A stretch of DNA of 64,000 nucleotides from the NCBI GenBank assembly GCA_964291265.2, contig OZ219747.1, positions 4,256,001-4,320,000 on the forward strand, in the 5' to 3' direction. Numbering within the stretch: position 1 is the stretch's first letter; the number at the start of each line of letters is the position of its first letter. The DNA comes from Alphaproteobacteria bacterium (lineage in GTDB: Bacteria; Pseudomonadota; Alphaproteobacteria; SP197). The notes below the pieces were generated by a model. It ran no database searches. It had not been told where the DNA came from and saw only the letters and a list, made by a program, of their open reading frames with translations. Made by a program: the position numbers and the translations under genes. This document shows positions 1-8,632 of this stretch, piece after piece.

Positions 1-345
1 CGCTTCGAGAAGGCGCCGGAACTGCTCGAGGCACTCGCCGAGACCGTCTCGCGCAGCGAGCTGCGCCGCCGCCTCGCGATCCTCGCCAGGCCCCGCCTGC
101 TCGTCCTCGACGAAATCGGCTACGTGACCCTCGAAAGCCACCATGCCGACATCCTCTACGCCATCGTCTCGCGGCGCTATCAGCGCCGCTCGACCATGGT
201 CACGACAAGCCTCGCCTTCGCCCAGTGGGACCGCGTCTTCCCCAGCGCCTCCGGCATCGCCGGCACCGTCGACCGGCTCATGCACGACGCAACCCTCATC
301 TCCATCGACAGCGACTCCTGGCGGCTCAGGCGTGAAACCCGATAA
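1..345 (+). CDS. istB: IS21-family helper ATPase IstB (5' partial)
   Basis: Frame 1 open from base 1: Walker B LLVLDEIGY, then ..YQRRSTMVTTS..W...VDRLMH..SWR, typical IstB C-terminus. Confidence 0.85.
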   Translation, partial: RFEKAPELLEALAETVSRSELRRRLAILARPRLLVLDEIGYVTLESHHADILYAIVSRRYQRRSTMVTTSLAFAQWDRVFPSASGIAGTVDRLMHDATLISIDSDSWRLRRETR

Positions 346-1225
346 ACCCCGCCGCGTCGACTTCGACGCCGTCAAGCGCATGCCGTTCGAACGCATCGCC
401 GCCGACTGGGGATACGTCCGCGACGAACAGGCCTCGACACGCGCCAACCCCGTCCTGTGCGCACCCGGCCTGCCGAAGCTCGTCACGAAGTGCCTCAACA
501 ACGGACACTGGGTCTACTTCAACACCCAGAACGATGAAGACAACGGAACCGTCATCGACTTCATGCTCAACCGCGGACTGGCCTTCGCCGACATCTGCAC
601 CCGCTTCACAGCACCCGACACCGCGCCACGCGACTTCCGCAGCCTCTGGGCCGCGGCAACGCCCGATGCGGCCCCGGACTGGCTCACCGGGCGCGGCATC
701 CTCCCGGAGACCCTCGACACCTGCCGCCCCCTGGTCCGCCGCGACCACAACGGACGCGTCCTCTTCGCCCATCGCAACAGGAAGCGAAAGCTCACCGGCT
801 TCGAGATCGGTCCCCCCGACGGACCGAAACGCTTCGCCACCGGTGGAACCCGAAGCCTGTTCGCCGTCCGCGCCGGAACCGCCGCGGACCTCGAGGCCCT
901 CGTCATCACCGAAAGCGCCGTCGACGCCCTCAGCCTGGCCCAGATCGACCAATGTCCCCCCAGCCACGCCTTCCTCTCCACCGCCGGGGCACCCTCGCGA
1001 AGACAGCACGAACAGATCAGCCTCGCCGCAAGCAGCCTGCCCAACGTCAGGACCATCGTCCTCGCCCAGGACCACGACGAGGCCGGAGAGCGACAGGCCG
1101 AAACCCTGCGCAAAAAGATGAAGCTCCCCTCCCACGTCTCGTTCCACAGACGCAGACCGCCGGAAAACGCCGACTGGAACGACGTCGTCAACGCCAGGAC
1201 CAAAGAACCACAAGCGAGATCATGA
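332..1225 (+). CDS. toprim domain protein (DUF3991/Toprim_2-like, primase-related)
   Basis: Motifs WLTGRGI, TESAVDALS, LSTAG, AQDHDEAG (DxD), ADWND. GTG start at 332 overlaps the istB end. Confidence 0.75.
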   Translation: MKPDKPRRVDFDAVKRMPFERIAADWGYVRDEQASTRANPVLCAPGLPKLVTKCLNNGHWVYFNTQNDEDNGTVIDFMLNRGLAFADICTRFTAPDTAPRDFRSLWAAATPDAAPDWLTGRGILPETLDTCRPLVRRDHNGRVLFAHRNRKRKLTGFEIGPPDGPKRFATGGTRSLFAVRAGTAADLEALVITESAVDALSLAQIDQCPPSHAFLSTAGAPSRRQHEQISLAASSLPNVRTIVLAQDHDEAGERQAETLRKKMKLPSHVSFHRRRPPENADWNDVVNARTKEPQARS

Positions 1226-1251
1226 CCACGTCCGTCACAAGGAGACCACTC

Positions 1252-1542
1252 ATGCCCCTCACGCCCGCCGAAAAGCAGCGGCGATACCGGGAACGGCGCA
1301 AGGCCGGCATCCCTCCCGTCCACACCCCAAAGCACCGTGACCGGCGCTCGCGACCGCAACGCTGGAACGACGCCGTGGCCGAACTGCGCGCCCTGCAGGA
1401 CGAATGGCGTGACCACCTCGACAGCATCCCCGAAACCCTCCGTGACACGCCTTACGGAGAACGCCTGCAGAGCGTCGCCGATGCCGACATCGAGGCCCTC
1501 GAGGACATCGAACCGCCACGCGGCTACGGAAGGGATACGTGA
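1252..1542 (+). CDS. small hypothetical protein (basic N-terminal helix, acidic C-terminus ending PPRGYGRDT)
   Basis: AAGGAG RBS before ATG 1252; alternative ATG 1222 overlaps the toprim stop. Confidence 0.65.
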   Translation: MPLTPAEKQRRYRERRKAGIPPVHTPKHRDRRSRPQRWNDAVAELRALQDEWRDHLDSIPETLRDTPYGERLQSVADADIEALEDIEPPRGYGRDT

Positions 1543-2112
1543 TCCCGCAAGACCCTTGAACGCGGTCACGCGTTACCATCCAGGAATGAGAACGTCTCAC
1601 CCCGACGCGCTTCTCAGCCTCCCCGGGGAAACCCCCGGGCCGTCCAAACGACACCGCATCACGAGACTGCCGCAGCCGCTGGCCGGACTGGCTTACAGGT
1701 CGCAGCATCCGCCCGAAAACACTCGACGCCTGCCGCACCCTGCAGGACGAATGGCGTGACCGCCTCGACAGCATCCCCGAAACCCTCCGTGACACGCCTT
1801 ACGGAGAACGCCTGCAGAGCGTCGCCGATGCCGACATCGAGGCCCTCGAGGACATCGAACCGCCACGCGGCTACGGAAGGGATACGTGATCCCGCAAGAC
1901 CCTTGAACGCGGTCACGCGTTACCATCCAGGAATGAGAACGTCTCACCCCGACGCGCCTCTCAGCCTCCCCGGGAAACCCCCGGGCCGTCCAAACGACAC
2001 CACATCACGAGACTGCCGCAGCCGCTGAGCCGCAGCAACGCCCGATCCGCCGCCGGGCTGGCTCACAGGTCGCAGCATCCGCCCGAAAACACTCAACGCC
2101 TCCCGCACCCTG
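1391..2112 (+). repeat. imperfect tandem direct repeat, period ~347 bp (1391-1742 and 1738-2112)
   Basis: CCCTGCAGGACGAATGGCGTGAC...GCCCGAAAACACTC occurs twice, with a few substitutions and a ~24-bp indel. Confidence 0.95.
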
Positions 2113-2325
2113 CGCCGCCGCAACCGCAACGCACACAGCCTCTTCGCCCAGCGCAACAGAAACCGTAAGCTCTCCAGCCTCAAGATCGTCCCGCCCGACG
2201 AACCACGACGAGGCCGGAGAACGCCAGAACGAAACCACGCGCAAAAGCCTGAAGCTCCCCTCCCACATCACGTTCCACAAACGCCGAACGCCAGAAAACG
2301 CCGACCGGAACGACATCGTCACAAC
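1996..2325 (+). pseudogene. decayed, internally deleted second copy of the toprim gene
   Basis: Aligns codon by codon to 617-823 joined to ~1070-1193; in-frame TGG>TGA stop. Confidence 0.85.
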
Positions 2326-2495
2326 GTCAACGTCAATGCAAGACCAATGGGATCCAACAATAGGCAGAAAACAAAGACCGGGCGGACCTTCGTCCAATGC
2401 CGCACGTTCTCCTACCGTGGTCACCCACTCACACGATCAGCGCCCAAAAGAGCGGTTCTCCGCCAATATCCCGCCGTTCTAAATCGCCGCCGACA

Positions 2496-2941
2496 CGTGC
2501 CTCACCTATGACGAATGCCTGCAGGTTCGCAGCCGCTGCGATCACCCCATGAAGCTTGATGAATGCGTCACTGGCACTGACGTTGTCGGACGCATTGTCG
2601 CCGACCGCTCGGCCGAAGTCGTCTGCCTGAAGATCTCCAACCTCGGCGGCCTCACAAGGGCACGCCGGGCGCGTGACTTCCTCGTGGCGCACGGAATTGA
2701 GGTTGTGTGCGAGGACACGTGGGGTGGCGAGATCTGCACGGCCACCTGCGCCCACTTCGCGGCCTCGACACCAGCAGCCTTCCTGTCGAGCACGACAGAC
2801 CTGCACAACTACAACACGGCCTCCTCCGGCATACCTCCGCCCCGGATCGCCGACGGCCGGCTCTTCGCCCCCGATGGTCCGGGGCTCGGGGTCGAACCCG
2901 ATTACAACAGCATCGGTCTTCCCGTTGCCGTGTTCCCCTGA
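2496..2941 (+). pseudogene. 3' fragment of mandelate racemase/muconate lactonizing (enolase superfamily) enzyme, proline-betaine epimerase/hydroxyproline dehydratase-like
   Basis: CLTYDECLQVR..PMKLDE..LKISNLGGLT..EDTWGGEI..GPGLGVEP; reading frame starts inside the EQPC motif at the IS end. Confidence 0.8.
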
Positions 2942-3051
2942 TCAAGGCAGGATGACACCCTTGACTGAATGACGACGTCATGGGGCGATGAGCCTGTGGT
3001 TCGGGGTCGCCTGCCCTGCCCACCAAGCGGCCAGTGGAGGACCGACCCGGC

Positions 3052-3400
3052 ATGGCGAACGATACCGAGTACCAACAGACCGCCTGTCGACTGGGAGAAT
3101 GCGCGCAGACTGGCTGCCGTCGCGGGCGCATGCCGTTTCGTCTGGAACGCCATGCTCGACTGGCAGGAGCAACTCGTTGCAGCGACGAGACTGGCGGGAC
3201 AGGCACAGCCAGACGCCGGCTCGCGTCCGTCTCGGGCGGTCTGCAACAAGCGTGGCGTGTGGCCTTGCGGACCGCAACATCAGGCGTCGGGGACTGACGC
3301 ATCTGCACGTGGAGGGGGTTTTGCCGTCAGGCACTTCGATGACTCGTGAAACGCATCGCTCAACTGGCGGCGTGAGCCATTCAGACAACGATGTAAGTCC
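3052..3400 (+). mobile_element. internally deleted IS200/IS605-family tnpB remnant
   Basis: GGAGG + ATG 3052; frameshifted N-terminus ARRLAAVAGACRFVWN and C-terminal ASGTDASARGG tail; RuvC core missing. Confidence 0.7.
3283..3397 (+). ncRNA. candidate TnpB omega/reRNA scaffold
   Basis: GCACGTGGAG...TCGATGACTCGTGAA resembles the IS605 right-end scaffold pattern, flanked by GCGTC/GACGC and CATCG/CGATG stems. Confidence 0.4.
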
Positions 3401-3402
3401 CG

Positions 3403-5814
3403 TCAGGAGCGCATGCGGCCGCCGTTGGCATCCCAGAGACACTGCCCGAGGATCCGGGCCGGATAGCGTTCGCCGTTGATCTCGACTTCGAGGGCCGTAT
3501 CGCCTGCGGCGAGTTCCGTTGGTACGTAGCCCATGGCCACCGATGCATTCGAATTGTGCGCGAACCCCCCGGACGACACGTACCCCACGGCCTCGCCATC
3601 CCTGAGAATGGCTTCGTCCGCCGAAACGTCGATGTCATCGGTCTCGACCCTCATCGTGACGAGCTTCCTGGAGGGACCCTCTTCCCTCATTCTCGAGGCG
3701 GCCTCCTTGCCGACGAAATCCTTCGTCCAATCGATGAAAACATCGAGACCACTCTCCCCAGCCGTGAAATCGGGCCGGTAGTCGAGACCCCACACTCCCC
3801 ATGACTTCTCGAGGCGCAGACTCATCAGGGCCCGGGCGCCATACCAGCGCAGGCCCTGGTCGACCCCCACCCTCCCGACCTCTTCTCCAAGCCGCAGCAG
3901 GCAGGATGGATGCGTGTAGATCTCGTAGCCGAGTTCGCCGGAAAACGAGATGCGGTTGAGCAGCACGGGCACGCCGCCCACGACCGTTTCACGGCAATCG
4001 CGGAACCTGAGCGCACTGGCCGACACGTCGTCACGGGTGAGCTCCGCCAGCAGGTCTCTCGACGAGGGTCCCGACAACGCGATGCCGTGAAGGTCCGCCG
4101 ACATGTTGCGATAGCCGACTCCGGTTTCCGGCAGCGCCGCCTCGAACCAGCGGCGATGGGCGTTCTGCATCACGCCTGAGCCGATGACGACAAACCGGTC
4201 TTCCGCCAGGCAGGCCACCGTGAGGTCACCGGCGAGCCTGCCCTTCGCTGTCAGCATCGGCGTCAGGGTCAGCCGGCCCGGGCCCGGCAAGCGCCCGGCA
4301 AGCAGACGGTCGAGCATGGGTCTCGCACCGGGGCCCCGAAACTCGTGCTTGGCGAAGTTGGCGATCTCGATGGCCCCCACCTTCGTGCGCACCGCACCGA
4401 CTTCCCGGGCGACGTAGTGATGGGCCCTCGAACGCCGGAAGGTGGGATCCTCGAAGGCGTCATCGGCACCGTCGGCAAACCACAGCGCATGCTCAAGGCC
4501 GAACGCCTGGTCCCAGACGGCACCCTTCACCGTGAGCCTGTCGTAGAGCGCCGTCGTCATCTGGCGGCGCCCCTTGGGCAGTGTCTCGTTGGGAAAGGTC
4601 ATGACGAACCGGCGTTCATAGTTCTCGGCGCTCTTGGTGGTGCCCCAGTCCGGTGTCGCGAAGTCGCCGAAGCGGGCGATGTCCATGGCCCAAACATCGA
4701 TTCCGGGTTCGCCCGAGATCATCCATTCGGCCATGCACAGACCCACACCGCCTGCCTGGCAGAATCCGGCCATCACGCCGACGGCCACCCAGTAGTTTCT
4801 CATGCCCGGGACAGGACCGATCATCGGATTGCCATCGGGGCCGAACGTGAAGGGACCGTTGATGATGTTCCTGATGCCGGCCTCGCGGAGTGCGGGAATG
4901 CGCTCGAATCCGAGTTCAAGCCTTTCGGCAATGTTGTCGAGCTGCGGTTGCAGGAGTTCGTGGCCGAAGTCCGCCGGGGTTCCGTCAACGGACCAGGGCG
5001 TGGCACGCGGCTCGTAGGTCCCGAGCAACATGCCGTTTCGCTCCTGGCGGAAGTACATGTTGCCCTCGTAGTCGATCCCGGCCGGCAAGCGCTCCTCTCG
5101 CTCGACGATCTCCGGAATGTCCTCGGTGATGAGGTAATGGTGTTCCATGGGCTGGACGGGCAGGTGGATGCCAGCCATCCGTCCCACTTCGCGGGCCCAC
5201 AGCCCGGCGGCATTGACCACGTGTTCGGCGTGAACGGTGCCCCTGTCCGTCACCACGTCCCACGTGCCATCGGTGCGCTGGCTGGTCTCCACGACAGGGG
5301 TGTGCGTGCGAAAGTCCGCGCCGAGGACGCGCGCCGCCCGCGCATAGGCGTGGGTCACACCGGACGGGTCGATGTCGCCATCAAGCGGGTCCCAAAGGGC
5401 GGCAATGTAGCGGGAGGGATCGATCAGCGGATGGCGTCTGGCCGCTTCCTCGACGCTGATGAACTCCTGGTCCAGACCCATGTACCGTGCCTTGGACCGC
5501 TCCCGCTTGAGATAGTCGTGCCAGGCATCGTTGGAGGCGAGATAGAAGCCTCCGGTGTTGTGAAGCCCTACGGACTGGCCGGACAGTTCCTCGAGTTCGG
5601 CGTAGAGATTGATCGTGTATCCTTGGAGTCTCGAGATGTTGGGATCCGAGGAGATGGTGTGTATCTGTCCCGCGGCATGCCAGGATGAACCCGACGTGAG
5701 CTCGCTTCTCTCCAGGAGCAAGGTCTCCTTCCACCCGTGCCTGGCAAGGTGGAAGAGGATGGAACAGCCGACCACCCCGCCGCCGATGATGGCAACCCTG
5801 ACATGGTGCTGCAC
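3403..5814 (-). CDS. GcvT-family FAD-dependent oxidoreductase (dimethylglycine/sarcosine dehydrogenase-like)
   Basis: N-terminal IIGGGVVG FAD motif, GSSWHAAG, C-terminal GcvT folate domain (SFSGELGYEI, SLRLEK). Confidence 0.9.
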   Translation of the reverse strand: MQHHVRVAIIGGGVVGCSILFHLARHGWKETLLLERSELTSGSSWHAAGQIHTISSDPNISRLQGYTINLYAELEELSGQSVGLHNTGGFYLASNDAWHDYLKRERSKARYMGLDQEFISVEEAARRHPLIDPSRYIAALWDPLDGDIDPSGVTHAYARAARVLGADFRTHTPVVETSQRTDGTWDVVTDRGTVHAEHVVNAAGLWAREVGRMAGIHLPVQPMEHHYLITEDIPEIVEREERLPAGIDYEGNMYFRQERNGMLLGTYEPRATPWSVDGTPADFGHELLQPQLDNIAERLELGFERIPALREAGIRNIINGPFTFGPDGNPMIGPVPGMRNYWVAVGVMAGFCQAGGVGLCMAEWMISGEPGIDVWAMDIARFGDFATPDWGTTKSAENYERRFVMTFPNETLPKGRRQMTTALYDRLTVKGAVWDQAFGLEHALWFADGADDAFEDPTFRRSRAHHYVAREVGAVRTKVGAIEIANFAKHEFRGPGARPMLDRLLAGRLPGPGRLTLTPMLTAKGRLAGDLTVACLAEDRFVVIGSGVMQNAHRRWFEAALPETGVGYRNMSADLHGIALSGPSSRDLLAELTRDDVSASALRFRDCRETVVGGVPVLLNRISFSGELGYEIYTHPSCLLRLGEEVGRVGVDQGLRWYGARALMSLRLEKSWGVWGLDYRPDFTAGESGLDVFIDWTKDFVGKEAASRMREEGPSRKLVTMRVETDDIDVSADEAILRDGEAVGYVSSGGFAHNSNASVAMGYVPTELAAGDTALEVEINGERYPARILGQCLWDANGGRMRS

Positions 5815-5858
5815 GTCACTCTCCCGCTAAGGCTGGTTCGGGAACGCCGGTCCGGCCG

Positions 5859-7682
5859 TCATGAAGACCATGATCTGAACTCGTCCTCGGTCCGGTGGCA
5901 TTCGATCCGGTGGCCCCCGTCGAGATGCCGGACCGGCGGAGTCTCGCGGTCGCAGGTGCCGGCCATGGCAAGGGGGCAGCGTGAGTGGAACGGGCACCCG
6001 ACCTCGATAATCTCGACGACGCGATCGATGCCGGCCTTCGCCTCCCGGGTTTGCATGGTCTGTTCGAGCCAGCCGACACGCAGTTCGGGAACCGACGAAA
6101 TCAGCAACCTTGTATAGGGGTGCCAGGGGGGTGACAGCACGTGATCCGCGGTTCCCTGCTCGACAACGCGTCCGGCATAGAGAACGACGACATCGTCAGC
6201 GAAGGACGACACGGTGGAGAGGTCGTGACTGATGAAGACGAACGACACGCCAAGCCGCTTGCGCAGGCGCCTGAGAAGCTCGATCACGTTGGCGCCAACG
6301 ATTGAATCGAGGGCCGAGATGACCTCGTCGCACAACAGGATCTCGGGGGTCGCCGCCAGGGCCCGTGCCAGGTTGACGCGCTGCTTCTGGCCTCCCGACA
6401 ACTCCTCGGGATAGCGCCCGGCAAACTCCTGCGGCAGTTCGACCATGTCGAGGAGTTCAGCGATGCGCCGCCGCCGGTCCTTGCGCGACATGCTGAAGTA
6501 GAAGTCAAGGGGACGTCCGAGAATCTGGTCGATGCGCTGCCGGGGGTTGAGCGCCGTGTCCGCCATCTGAAAGACGAACTGGATCTTCTGCAACTGGTGG
6601 CGAGGCCTCTGCTCGAGCCCCGGCGAGAGCACCTCGCCATCGAGCCGCACCTCGCCCCGGGCGGCCGGCAGCAGACCCGAGATGACGCGCGCCAGGGTCG
6701 ACTTGCCGCAGCCCGATTCGCCGATCACCCCCAGGGAATGGCCGCGTTCCAGGGCAATGCTGACATCCTGCAGCACCGGAATGGTCGGCCGACCTTCCCT
6801 CACCCTGCCATAACCTGCCGTCAGGTCCCTCACCTCCAGGGCCGGGACGTCGCGGCGGTGCTCGCCGGTCGTCTCCTCACCCTGCCCGGCCTCCGGCGGT
6901 GGCCGCACGGCCGCCATGAGGCGGCGCGTATAGTCGTGACCGGGCTGGTTCACGATCTGGTCGGCCGACCCGTACTCCTGAATCTTGCCGGCATAGAGAA
7001 CGACGATGCGATCGGCGATCTGTGCCACAACGGAAAGATCGTGTGTCACGTAGATGGCCGCGGCGCCTTCCTGCTGGATGACATGCTTGAAGGCCTTGAG
7101 GACCTCGATCTGCGTCGTCACGTCCAGCGCCGTGGTCGGCTCGTCGAGCACCAGGAGATCTGGCTTGCCGCAGAGAGCCATGGCGGCCATGAGACGCTGC
7201 AGCTGACCGCCTGATACCTGATGGGGGTATCGCCGGCCGAGGCGATCGGGATCGGGAAGCTCAAGTGATCGATAGAGATGTTCGGCCCGTCCGTTCGCGT
7301 CTGCCTGCGACATGGACCCGGACAACACGGGTGTTTCCGTGACCTGCTCGCCGATGGTGAGCGCCGGGTTGAAGCAGGCGGCGGCACTCTGCGCCAGGTA
7401 GGCAACCCGTTGACCACGAATCTGGCGCTTTTCCTCGGGCTCCATGGCGATGACGTCACGACCCGCCAGTCTCACCTCGCCGCTCGTGAACTCCAGCCCG
7501 GGCTTCGTGTAACCCAGCGCCGAAAGGGCAATCGTCGTCTTTCCGGAACCCGACTCGCCAATCAGCGCCACCACCTCGCCACTGTGGACGGAAAAACTCA
7601 CGTTCCTGACGATGGGCAGCAGCGAACCATCATCGATACGCGCATCGATGACGAGGGAATCGACGTCGAGGACGAGCGCCAT
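5859..7682 (-). CDS. peptide/nickel ABC transporter ATP-binding protein (two fused NBDs)
   Basis: Two Walker A (GESGSGKT, GESGCGKS), SGGQ signatures, C-terminal GCPFHSRC. Confidence 0.92.
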   Translation of the reverse strand: MALVLDVDSLVIDARIDDGSLLPIVRNVSFSVHSGEVVALIGESGSGKTTIALSALGYTKPGLEFTSGEVRLAGRDVIAMEPEEKRQIRGQRVAYLAQSAAACFNPALTIGEQVTETPVLSGSMSQADANGRAEHLYRSLELPDPDRLGRRYPHQVSGGQLQRLMAAMALCGKPDLLVLDEPTTALDVTTQIEVLKAFKHVIQQEGAAAIYVTHDLSVVAQIADRIVVLYAGKIQEYGSADQIVNQPGHDYTRRLMAAVRPPPEAGQGEETTGEHRRDVPALEVRDLTAGYGRVREGRPTIPVLQDVSIALERGHSLGVIGESGCGKSTLARVISGLLPAARGEVRLDGEVLSPGLEQRPRHQLQKIQFVFQMADTALNPRQRIDQILGRPLDFYFSMSRKDRRRRIAELLDMVELPQEFAGRYPEELSGGQKQRVNLARALAATPEILLCDEVISALDSIVGANVIELLRRLRKRLGVSFVFISHDLSTVSSFADDVVVLYAGRVVEQGTADHVLSPPWHPYTRLLISSVPELRVGWLEQTMQTREAKAGIDRVVEIIEVGCPFHSRCPLAMAGTCDRETPPVRHLDGGHRIECHRTEDEFRSWSS

Positions 7683-8632
7683 CAGACCATTCGTCCCGCC
7701 AGCTTGCCGCCGGAATGGGCAGACACGTCATCGACGATGATGTTGATGGCGATGGTGAGGGTGGCGATGGCGATGGCCGGAACCAGGGGGGCAATGGCCC
7801 CGTAGGGCAGCCCGGAGAGATTCTCGCGCACCATGGATCCCCAGTCCGACTGCGGCGGCTGAACACCCAGTCCAAGGAAACTCAGACTGGAGATGAACAG
7901 GATGATGTAGACGAACCGCAGACCGAAGTCGGTCGCCATCGGCATGATCATGTTGGGCAGGATCTCGCGGCCGATGACCCACCAGATCCCTTCGCCACGG
8001 ACCCGGGCGGCATCGACGAAGTCGCTCACCATGATGTCCAGACCGAAGGCGCGGGCGATGCGGAACACGCTGGTGGCGTAGATCAGCCCGGTCAGGATGA
8101 TGAGGATTGGAATCGTGCTGCCGATGGCCGATATGACCACCATGGCCATCATGATGGTCGGCATCGAGAGAAAGGCATCGTTGACACGTGACAGGGAACT
8201 GTCGAGCACTGTGCCCCCGACAGCCGCCGCGATGCCCAGCGTGATACCCACGAGATAGGCAAGAAAAGTCGAAATCAGGGAGATGCCGATCGTCGCCTGG
8301 GCACCGAAGAGAATGCGCGACAGAATGTCGCGACCCAGGTAGTCCGTGCCCAGCCAAGCGATGGCACTCGGCGGCTGATAGTCGGTCGCCGGGTAGAGTT
8401 CGTCACTTTCTTCCTCGACAAAGAGCGATTCGTCGAGAAAATCCGCTTCGTGATAGGGAGCGATTGACGGCCCGAGGACAACCATGGCCATCCAGAACAC
8501 GACGACGGCGATGGCAACCTTGCCAATCCGCGAGAAGCGGATGCGGCGCCTCGGCGGCGCATCGGGAAGCTCCTCGAAGGCGGCGAGGGCTTCGCGGGCG
8601 ACGGTGTCGTTCTCCACGGCATTCTCCGTCAT
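7682..8632 (-). CDS. peptide ABC transporter permease (DppC-like)
   Basis: WLGTDYLGRDILSRI, SLSFLGLGVQPP; start at ATG 8632 overlapping the upstream stop. Confidence 0.9.
   Translation of the reverse strand: MTENAVENDTVAREALAAFEELPDAPPRRRIRFSRIGKVAIAVVVFWMAMVVLGPSIAPYHEADFLDESLFVEEESDELYPATDYQPPSAIAWLGTDYLGRDILSRILFGAQATIGISLISTFLAYLVGITLGIAAAVGGTVLDSSLSRVNDAFLSMPTIMMAMVVISAIGSTIPILIILTGLIYATSVFRIARAFGLDIMVSDFVDAARVRGEGIWWVIGREILPNMIMPMATDFGLRFVYIILFISSLSFLGLGVQPPQSDWGSMVRENLSGLPYGAIAPLVPAIAIATLTIAINIIVDDVSAHSGGKLAGRMV

Larger units (their letters stand above)
1..2495 (+). mobile_element. IS21-family-like element with passenger genes (left part outside window)
   Basis: IstB-type ATPase at 1-345. 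Terminus ...GCCGTTCTAAATCGCCGCCGACA ends in CA at 2495, with subterminal GTTCT repeats (~2405, ~2454, ~2476). An enolase-family gene resumes immediately after 2495. Confidence 0.65.

Noticed and set aside
617-2325. Diversity-generating retroelement (toprim as VR, decayed copy as TR)
   Set aside because: About half the differences are not at adenines of the putative template, the copy has an internal deletion, and no reverse transcriptase is in the window.
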